DNA of 59,614 nt, counting the filler, from Basidioascus undulatus (taxonomy: Eukaryota), in the NCBI GenBank assembly GCA_000826855.1. It is 4 parts of 4 records of this genome, joined end to end, with 100 filler letters (N's around TTAATTAATTAA, not from the genome) between each part and the next. Parts side by side here need not be neighbours in the genome. Positions count along the whole stretch, not along the records: positions 29,845 to 44,680 come from JTLS01000691.1; positions 44,781 to 59,614 come from JTLS01000692.1; 2 more parts are not named here. One strand, given 5' to 3'. Made by a program: the position numbers and the translations under genes. How positions within the stretch are numbered: position 1 is the first letter of the stretch; every line of letters starts with the position of its first letter. Under the pieces are notes generated by a model. It saw only the letters and a program-made list of their open reading frames with translations, was not told the origin of the DNA and did not search any database. This document shows positions 42,745-52,287 of the stretch, in pieces.

Positions 42745-44504
42745 CCTCCGCCCCCGCCCCCGCGCCCAAGCAGGAGCAGCGCAAGCAGGAGGCCGCGGCG
42801 CCGGCGGTCGCTGGGAACAGGCAGGAGCGCCGGGTACGTTTTGCGAGGAGTGTGAGGAAAGGGGAGCAAGAAAGAGAGGTATTGATGATAGTGGTGGGGG
42901 GAACAACAGGTCAAGATGAACCGGATGCGCATGCGTATTGCGGAGCGCCTGAAGCAGAGCCAGAACACGGCGGCGTCGCTTACTGTGCGTCTTTCTTTTT
43001 CCCCCTCCTCTCCCTCGCTCCCTTCTCCCCATACATCCTGTCCGCTTTCACCCTGCTTTCCACCTTCCCGTCGCCTTCCATTTCTCTCCCTACGCCCTCA
43101 CTGCCCTTGCCTTCCCCGTCCCTTCTCCCTTTCTCCGCTCCTCTCCGACTTCCCCTCCCTCCGTACGCGCACGCTAACCTGATTGTTTGGGACGGAACGC
43201 CAGACCTTCAACGAGATCGACATGTCCGCGATCATGGCGCTCCGGAACCGGCACAAGGACCGCGTGCTCAAGGAGCACGGCGTCAAGCTTGGCTTCATGT
43301 CCGCCTTCGCCAAGGCGTCCACCATCGCGCTCAAGGAGATCCCCGCTGCGAACGCCGCGATCGAGGGCCCCGGCGGCGGTGACACGATCATTTACCACGA
43401 CTACGGTGCGTCTTCCTTTCTCCCTTACCTATCCCGCCACTTTCCCCTCGACCCCGACCCCCGACTCCCAAGCTCCGAGCCCCGACGCCCGAACATCGAC
43501 TCCCGAATCCTGGCACCATTTCCCGGAACCCGCCTTCCTGTGAGAAGAGAAGCCCTGATGATGGGATGGGATGGAAACAGTCGACCTCTCCGTCGCCGTC
43601 GCGACCCCCAAGGGTCTCGTCACCCCTGTGATCCGGAACGCCGAGAGTGCGTATCGTGTTTTTCTTTCTCGTTCGGCCCCACTGCACAGTCGCTGATCTC
43701 GGTTGTACGGACAGACATGAACTTTGTGAGTTGGCGAGAAAGCAGATGGGCGGGGAAGACGAGGGGTGAGGAAGACTGACGGGCATGCGAACGCAGGTGG
43801 ACATCGAGAAGGCCATCGCGGACGCGGGTAAGAAGGCGCGGGACGGCAAGGTGCGTTTCCTCGATCTTCCCTCCGCTCCACGCCAATAGATCTCATGCTG
43901 ATGGCTTGTTGGGTGGGTAGCTTACTCTGGAGGATATGTGAGCGCTCCGCTTCTGAACGAGTGCGAGATGGGATGTGGGATGCTGACGGGGATGGGGGAT
44001 TCCAGGGCCGGCGGCACGTTCACCATCTCCAACGGCGGTGTCTTTGGCTCGCTGTACGGCATGCCCGCAAGTCTCGCTTCCACTCTTCATGTACTGGGAA
44101 TGCGGGAGATGAGTGACTGATGGATGGGATGGATGGGGGTCATGGCAGATCATCAACCTCCCGCAAGCGGCCGTGCTCGGCATGCACACGATCAAGGAGC
44201 GCCCCGTCGTCGTCGACGGCCAGATCGTCATTCGCCCGATCATGGTTGTGTGCGTTCGCGTTCCTTTTCTACAAAATGACCGGCGGAGGGAAGCTGACGT
44301 GATCTGCGTTGGGGTGGGACAGCGCCCTGACGTACGACCACCGTCTCCTTGACGGCCGCGAGGCGGTCACCTTCCTTGGTGCGTCCTTTCTTCCATCCTT
44401 CTACTTTCCACACAACCGTGTACGTAGCTGACACGGTGATGTGCGATGCGTCAGTCCGCCTCAAGGAGCTCCTCGAGGACCCGGCGGCGATGAACCTTGC
44501 CTAA
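42745..44504 (+). CDS. KGD2: Dihydrolipoamide succinyltransferase (E2 of 2-oxoglutarate dehydrogenase); lipoyl domain and presequence missing
   Basis: [90 protein letters not shown]; stop TAA at 44502-44504. Confidence 0.93.
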
Positions 44505-44680
44505 GCGGGTTCTTCCCCTTCCTCTCTTGTCTGTTGCGTGGCGTGGGGTCGGGGACGGGAGGAAGGAGGACGGGCGGAAAGATGCTGATAATTTCGGGCA
44601 AAAGAGAGGCGTGTGCTGGTGGTGGGGGTTGGTTGGATCGGGAGGTGGGATGCGAGAGGGGGTGGGAAAGAGGGAGGGGA

Positions 44681-44780
44681 NNNNNNNNNNNNNNNNNNNN
44701 NNNNNNNNNNNNNNNNNNNNNNNNTTAATTAATTAANNNNNNNNNNNNNNNNNNNNNNNNNNNNNNNNNNNNNNNNNNNN
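44681..44780. other. Artificial contig spacer
   Basis: N44-TTAATTAATTAA-N44. Confidence 0.98.
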
Positions 44781-45713
44781 AAAAACGCGGTTCATGGTCC
44801 GTGCCCTCCCTCCCCTCCTCCCTCCCCTCCTCCCTCCTCTACTGCCCAATTTTTCGCTCACCTTACCCCCCGCCCGCTCACTCCCCCTTCCCCTCCGCTC
44901 GCTCGTTCGCAGACCCAAGACGACTCGCTCCCGCGGTACCAACACACGCTGCACGCCCTGCAGCAGATCTACCGGACCGAGGGCGTGCGCGCGTTCTACA
45001 AGGGCCTCCTCCCCTCCCTCATCGGCGTCACGCACGTGTGCGTCCAGTTCCCGCTGTATGAGCACCTCAAACTGCGACTGCGTGCGTCCTTCCTCCTGTC
45101 CCTCTCCCTCTCCGTTTCTCCGTTTCTCCCATCTCTTCTCCCCCTCGCACCATCTAACAGCGATTGCTCCCGGTTGTTGCTTCCCCAGGCCCAGAAGACG
45201 GCTCCGATCTCCCGACATCCCGCATCCTCCTCTGCTCGTCCATCTCTAAAATGGTCGCGTCCATGACGACGTACCCACACGAAGTCGTGCGCACGCGGCT
45301 CCAAATCGCGCGGTACCACCCTGCGTCTCGCTCGTCCCCGGCCCACCCCTCGCCCTCGTCCCCGATCTCGCCCTTCACCGCCCAGCGCGCAGTCAGCCCC
45401 GGCACCAAGGGCGGGAGCCGCATCGTCGAGATCGTGCGTACCATCGTGCGCGAGGAGGGACTCAAGGGGCTTTATAAGGGCTTGAGCGTGAATCTGTTGA
45501 GGACTGTGCCGAATAGCGCGATGACGCTGCTTACGTGCGTTTCTCCCTTCTCCTTCTCCTCCCTCCCCCCTTTCTCTTTTCCTTGGCTTTTGGTGGGGGA
45601 AAGGGATGCTTATCTTGCGTCTGTGATGGACGGACAGATACGAGCTCATTATGTCCAAGCTCACCCACCGCCGGACCGACCACCGTCCAGAATCGAAATC
45701 GGAATCGGAATGA
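44781..45713 (+). CDS. Mitochondrial carrier, NAD+ transporter-like (Yia6/Ndt1 type), 5'-partial
   Basis: KTRFM|TQ...EGVRAFYKGLLPSLIGVTHVCVQFPLYE; SKMVASMTTYPHEVVRTRLQ; EEGLKGLYKGLSVNLLRTVPNSAMTLLT|YE. Confidence 0.85.
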
Positions 45714-45949
45714 GCCCTCTCTCCCCCGCTCTCCCCGCTCTCCCACACCTGCCCTGTCACCCGGCCGGATACCCAACCCACTCCTCTATCGCACCGCACC
45801 GCATCTTACCCACCCGCTCCTGTACTCGCGCGCCTTGCTTCGACACGCACCACCCGCCACTGCCGTTCTGATTGTATGCATAGCTTGTCTTCAATGCGCG
45901 CGTGCGGGAGGTGTGTGGGGTGCATCCAGCGCGGGAACGCGAAAGGACT

Positions 45950-45996
45950 GGGAAGGGAAGGGAAGGAAAAGGAAGGGAAGGGAAGGGAAGGGAAGG
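45950..45996. repeat. (GGAAG)n pentanucleotide repeat
   Basis: About 9 near-perfect units. Confidence 0.85.
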
Positions 45997-46614
45997 AGGT
46001 CGGGCCCGGATGTGCATGGAATTCCCGCTTCGATTCGAGCTCTCGATCGATCGAGTCGGTCTGTCGCTCGCTGGATCATGCGTTTCACTCTGCCATGGCA
46101 GGCTGATAGATCGAAGTCGCCTGAATGCGGGTGGGCGGTCTCAAGCCGGTATCTTCTGGCGCTCGCTGGGCCGATCTAAATTTTGTAGATCAGGGCTACT
46201 GATGCCTTCTCGTGTCCTCCGAGAAGACGCAAGCTCTCACCGTCCTGTCAACGTTCCTTGTCTCGACTTTCGAGCCGGGGGCAAGGGCACTCAGGCTGCA
46301 TATCAAAGTCAACAAGCCTTGCGCAGCGCATGTGCTAGTTCATCTCTTGAGCGCTCCATCGGTCACTCACGCGGGTTTCGCAGTTTCTAGTGTCTGACGA
46401 GCTCGCTCACTACCTAGTCACAGCAGTCACGCGGAATACAAGCAGCAAAGACGAGCAGTGCATGCGTTCCGAAACTAACGGTGCGTGCTCGCATGCGAGG
46501 AAGAGAGCGTAGGTACTGGGGAGATGCCTAGACCGATAGGCTATGTAGAGGGCAGAAAAAAAAGGTGGGCTAATGGGCGGGCGAAATACGAAAGGGTGCA
46601 CGATGCGATACACC

Positions 46615-48858
46615 TCAGTGGCGCCTGAGGCGAAAGGCCGCCTCGCGACGGTGCGCGCGGCGCATGCGCTTGGCCGACACGCCGCTGAGGCACTCGTCAA
46701 GGGCCGAATAGCACGCCGTAAAGTCGGCCTCACCACCGGCTTTGGGCTGCGCGGCGGCGAGGCACTGGTTCTTCTCTGCTCGTCGGTAAGTTTGGGGACG
46801 AGCAGTAAGTACCTGGTCTGATATGTTATATAACCGGGAGGCTACACTGACCGCTCTGGCAAGTGTTGTAGTCCTTCTGGTCAACCGAGGCGCTGCTGGA
46901 GGTCGCAGCAGGCGGAGGCGGAGGTGGTCGGTGCGGCGGCGTTGGGAGCTGGAGGCGGGTATGGGCTCCTCGGTCTGCACGTCATCCTCGTCGTCAGCGG
47001 GGCAGCCCGTGGGCTCGGCCGAGGAGGCGGAGGAGGTCGGGGCGGGGGAGGCCGAGCTCGTCTCGGAAGAGGGGCTCACGGCCGGGGTGGTAGCGGCGGC
47101 GCTCTGTTTAGGGTGAATGTAGAAATTGCAGGAAACACTAGTTGTTTATAAAGGGGTTTTCAGACAGAAGAACGCACAGAGGAGGGAGCAGCAGCAGGGG
47201 CGGCAGCAGACGAAGACGCAGCGCAGCGGCGCTCGAGGAAGGCGCAGCAGCAGAAGAGCCGGCACCGCCGTTGCTGCCGGTGCTAGTGCCGTCCCAGACA
47301 GCCGGGCCTGAGCAAATCCTTTATGCGTTAGCACCAGCGTCAAGCCAATAAAAAGTAGTGACTGTCCGAATAGAAAGAAATGGCACGCACCAGGGATCAC
47401 GTAGGAGGACGCGTCGCTGGAGTACACGTTGAAGAGGATGCCGGGCGTGTCATCGGTGTAAGTCCCGGGGAAGGAGGCGGTGCCGGCCGGAAGGGGGGTG
47501 CTGCAGCCGCCGGTGACGGTGATCTGGGAGCAGGACCTGGTGCAGGGGGTTGAAAGATGTCAGCGCTGTGGCGGTTGTGCCTGAACAGGACTCAGGACGA
47601 CGCACGGGTAGAGCTGCAAAGTTGGGCATATCATAGTTTTCAGAACTGGTTTACCTGGACACCGCGGGCGCTGTTGAGGATATAGGTGTCAGTGGACTGC
47701 TGAGCAAATTGTTAGCTCAAGGGGCCCACCTGTTCTGAGAGTACAGCGTGTCGGACTCGTGCAGGGCTGGAGTAGGATTTCCATCAGCATCCTCTATTCA
47801 AATCTTACCGAGTTTTGAACATACCAAGGATCTCGACACGCAGGACATAGTCGCCGTCGGCCAGCCCGGCGGGGATCTTGACGTCGTGCTTGCCGCCGTT
47901 AGCGATGAGCTAAAATCACCGGCCTTGTCAGCTCTGACCAGAAGGCAAGCAGGGCCTACATATGTCAATAACATACCCTGGTGATCGCCCAGTCCGACCC
48001 GTCGTAGCCGTCCTCGGAGATCTTGGTCCAGACGTTGGCGCCGGCAGCCGCGTCGGCGGCGTTGGCGAGGTAGGCAACAATCGGGCCTGATTATTCAGGT
48101 CATTATGTCAACTGGTGAGATCTCAACACGTCAACAACTTATAATGGTAAGAAGCGTACCCTTGTGAGACACGTCAATGATGTCGTCGTTGCTGGAAGGA
48201 TTGGCAGAGAGCGTCAGCGGCGTTGGCCTCTTCCGTGAGACGGGCACCAAGCTCACCGGGTGTTGTGGTACTATAAGGGATACAATAGTAACCAAGTCAG
48301 TCAATATGGATCAAAGCCTGCGCGTCCTCCATCTCCACGGAGAAGATCGCAAACTCACCCATTCAGGCTCGATGGTAGAACCTGCAGTGACCGTCAATTG
48401 GCCGGATGCCGCGGTCCTGCCCCCAACGTACAGAACTGGGAGTATGGCACAGGTCAGAATGGAGAAGTTCAGGTAACCCCAGAGTGGAAAGACGTACGAT
48501 GTCGTTGGACGTGAAGTCCTGTGAACAACATCAGTATACCGGCATTCTGTGCGTGCGGTAAGCCGGGACATACCTTGACAGGGTTGTTGTTCGGAGGACT
48601 GAGGGTGGGGTTAGGGTCAGCCAGGTATGCAACAGCAAGCAAAAGCGACAAACGTTACGTCCGTATGTACGTCGACTTTGCGGTGTCGTCGGGGCTGACG
48701 TTGTCGGCCCTAATATACGAACCTCAACTAGATTAGTTAAACTGCTCAGCCCCAATTGCTCTGAGGCAAATGCACCAGATACCGAAGACGGGCGCGTGAG
48801 CGGAAACCGTGGAAGTGAGCGTGGCCGCGCCGACCACGGCGGTGAGAGCGAAGTGCAT
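46615..48858 (-). pseudogene. AA9-type lytic polysaccharide monooxygenase with S/A/T linker and C-terminal 4-Cys domain; frameshifted
   Basis: Signal peptide then His1 (VSA|HAPVFGIW); YIRTPPNNNPVK; DIIDVSHKGP (His2); [46 protein letters not shown]. Frameshifts at about 48428, 47220 and 46910-46945. Confidence 0.88.
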
Positions 48859-49070
48859 TGGTGCAGAAAGAAGCGAGGGTGTTGGTGAGAGTGTGATTGA
48901 AAGTTTAGTAACTGTGCCCGCCAACATTCAACAGCTGCAAACAGTAACTCCCGCCACCCTGTGTACTCACAAATGTCAACCGGTGGCGAAAATACTTGAA
49001 AGGAGCAGGAAGATCGAGTGGGAGACGATGCAGTGACGGGTGAGAGACGAGCGGAGTGCGGCGACCGATC

Positions 49071-49076
49071 TTTATA
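49071..49076 (-). promoter_or_regulatory. Candidate TATA box of the LPMO gene
   Basis: TATAAA on the minus strand about 215 nt upstream of the ATG, with a plausible 5'UTR intron at about 48912-48970. Confidence 0.45.
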
Positions 49077-50534
49077 CTGCGCGCTGTATGCGCCTCAGAA
49101 TCAGAGCCATCTGGGCCAGCTGGGCGGGTATTCGCCATGGAGCTGTGACTCGTGGAGTACGGCCGGACCATCCCAACCGCGGTGCAGAAAGTAAGTCGGG
49201 GCAGGGCAGGCAGCGGATGTGCCTGAAAGTATGCCAGGCACTCGCTTCGCAGCATAGCTCGAACGTCTCAAGCGCGCATCGACACATGGTTTTAGTTTGG
49301 CAGGGAGACTGTACAAGGCATCGAGAGAATACAATGTGACTTCTTTTTCGTGGTTCTGTAGGCCCCCTAGGGGCCCTATGCAGTGCTTGGGCCGCGAGAT
49401 TCGCAGACACTCTCGCGTTGCACGGGTAAGGCGAACAACACCGATGCCCTTTGTCACATCGAGCTCGGGGAGGGGGGACACGTAGCTGGCAAGGAGCACA
49501 ACGGGAAGCCTGGGGGAGCAAATCCATACTCATTGCAATGTTCTGAAATTGGCGTAGGGAAATGTCCGTCATTGCATAAGGACGCCAAGGACTGTTGGGC
49601 AAGGTCTCGCCGCCAGCTTGAGGCTGTTATGCGGGTTCGTTATACTGAACCTAACACTTTCTGACCAGCAAACCCATAGTGATCTCACGGCCGTCTTTCA
49701 CGAAACTCGAGGCTTTGCGAGGCTGTACGATTAGAGGCGGAGTATATACCGTGTTTGGGTGCAGCAGCCTGAGTGCATTGCCTGCGCCCATCACCTCAAC
49801 AGCTCCCGGAGATCGAACTGCATGCACTCGGAGACTTGAGGTCAATTCAGGGGGCCGAAGGATTGGACTTCACTTTGACAAAGGCTTTTTGACCCTTAGG
49901 AAGATGGTGCGTTTGAAAGACTACATGAGAGAAGTTCCGTGAGGGCGCTGGCTCGCAACCATCAACAGGAAAGCATTTTTTGTGGCTCTTTCGAGTGTCC
50001 TGAGGAAAGTCAAGTGCTGTATCTTTTGAATACCCACACGAGCGTACCCCGGGCCGCCTTCGTCAGTGAGCATTAGGAAACAGTGTGAAACAGGGCCACA
50101 CTCGCAGGTTGCAGCTCCCTGCACCACACGGAAGTTATAGTCATGACTGAAAATCCCGGCAAAAGAATGGTCTTCGCGAACTTCAGTAACTGTACAGGTA
50201 CTATTCTAGACCTTGGGCACATGAGACGGGTAGTTCTATGGGACCCGTCTTGGGTCCGACAGCACTATGTCTCTTCCGCGCACGGGTTCATGGCAGATTG
50301 AGTACCACAAAATAAGGGTCTTATAAGAAAATCAAATTCCAGAGGACTGAGTCTTCGTAGTGCCATCCGAATGAAGACGTTGGGCAGAGAAAGAGTGGCA
50401 ATGCAGCTTGGCTGCATCGCCGACAACCGGGGGAGACCGAATTCTCATTGACCGAAAGACCTCAGCGGCTGCTGCCGCTTCTTGGGCGTCTTCTCTCTTC
50501 GTCTCGTCCGACCTCCATCCACCTAATTCACGCT

Positions 50535-51382
50535 ATGTCCTTGCGTCTCCTCCGTCCACGCGCAGCACCCCAGTTCCTGCGCTCGTTCTCCACCTCCCCC
50601 ACCGCTCTCGCCGATGCCCCCGCCCCCGCCGCCGTGAATGCCGCGGCGCCGACAGCAGCGACCAACTCTCCCCCGCCCGCGACGCCCGCGACGACCGAGC
50701 TGCCGAAAGAGAACCCGCTAGCCGCCAAGTACACGCCCCCGGTCGCGCCCTTCCACCAGATCGTGCAGCGCACGGCGGAGCTGCCGTCCGAGCGCGTCAA
50801 GGTCAACCCGAGCCACGGCCTGTTCCGCTTCTTCGAGAAGCGCCCGGAGGGCGAGGGCGTCTACTCGTCCTTGCCGACGTCGGCTGTTGAGGGGAACGGA
50901 GGTGCGTCGGTGATCTCGCTTTCAGCTTCTGCAAGGTGCGGGAGGAGGAGGACTGATGGAGCTGGGAACGCAGGTCGCAGTTGGAGGGCCGCGGAGCTCC
51001 GGCTCAAGAGCTTTCAGGACCTGCACCGGCTGTGGTACATCCTTATCCGGGAGCGTAACCTCCTCCACAGCCAGCTGGAGGAGAGCCGACGACTGGAGAT
51101 CGACATCAAGAACGACACGGCCGTAGGCGCCAAGCTGCACCGTGTCCGTCTCTTCTCCATTCCGACTGCATCCCGCTCACACGACGTATACCCGCTCAGG
51201 TCCGGAAATCCATGGCCCGCATCAAGTTCGTTCTCTCGGAGCGCAGGCACGCGCTCGAGAAGGCTCAGGCGGCTCGCGCCTTCCCGCCCGTGGAGCCGGA
51301 CGACTCGCTGGGCGAGGAGGCGGAGCTCGCGGAGGAGGGTGCAGCAGCGGAGGCGGCTGAGAAGGAGAAGGTCGTGTCATAG
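50535..51382 (+). CDS. MRPL4: Mitochondrial ribosomal protein uL29m (MRP-L47/MRPL4)
   Basis: Presequence-like MSLRLLRPR; HGLFRFF; GRSWRAAELRLKSFQDLHRLWYILIRERNLL; VRKSMARIKFVLSER. Confidence 0.93.
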
Positions 51383-52287
51383 ACGGGGATCATGGACCAT
51401 TGCAGCGGTGCGCCTTTGCATTTATGCGGTGCGGTTTGGTCTGCGATCACATTTCGGCGGACGACAAGCGCATTTCGAGCTCGTCGCGCTCTGGCTCCGA
51501 TCAAAAGCTCAGTCGCGGGACTGACCTATGCCCGGTTACAACGCGGCTATTGTGCCCATCACTGATCCCGCACATGGCCGCGGGATACTTCCCTGGCCCC
51601 CCGGTTCGCGAACTTGCTCCTGCGTCTCATTCGAGTTCCACTTCGATATGCCATCAACTCCTTCGCGCTCTTACCAGCGTTCGAGTAGCACTCGTGGTTC
51701 TTAACTATTTATTATGTGTTCGCCCTTCACGACTGCTTCCTAGTCGCTTTTTCATCAAGTGCCCACCTCGATCTTGATCGTATCACTCAGCTCAATGGAC
51801 GCGTCCGGCGCGCTACCTGGCGTATCGCTTGCATGGCATCTCTACCTTCGAAGTCGAGCTCGGCGGACGCATGGAGGCCGGCGCGCTTGCGCTACTTTTC
51901 AATTTCCATTTGAAGCTCTTGGCCGAGCTTGACATAAACGACCTAGCTTGACATAGGCATTGAAGCTGAAGGTACAACGAGTAACCTCAGTTCTTACAAC
52001 ATTCCTGTCCTCCGCAGCATGCTTGAAGACGCGTTGGGTTGAGACGTCGTCTGGGCAAGAGGGAACGCTGCTGCCCCAGTGCAACGCTAGTTGGTGCGAG
52101 GTGACCGTACAGTAAGACAGTCAGAAAACACGTGAACAGAGGGTTTCCTGAAGGTCCTCCGTCTTTCGGTTGAGGCTGGTCGGATGCCTCCTCGCGCTGA
52201 AGCAAGCCATCGCACGCGTGTGCAGCGCACTCCCACCAACGAGTAATCTCAAGGTATGCTTTCCAAGAAGTACAATGCGGCGTGTAA

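Noticed and set aside
46173..46191. Hairpin GATCTA-AATTTTG-TAGATC with an Sm-like loop
   Set aside because: No U1/U2/U4/U5/U6 signature nearby, and Sm sites normally lie between stems rather than in a loop.
50224..50257. Overlapping short inverted repeats upstream of MRPL4
   Set aside because: Stems of 6-8 bp are expected by chance, and there is no tRNA or ncRNA pattern.
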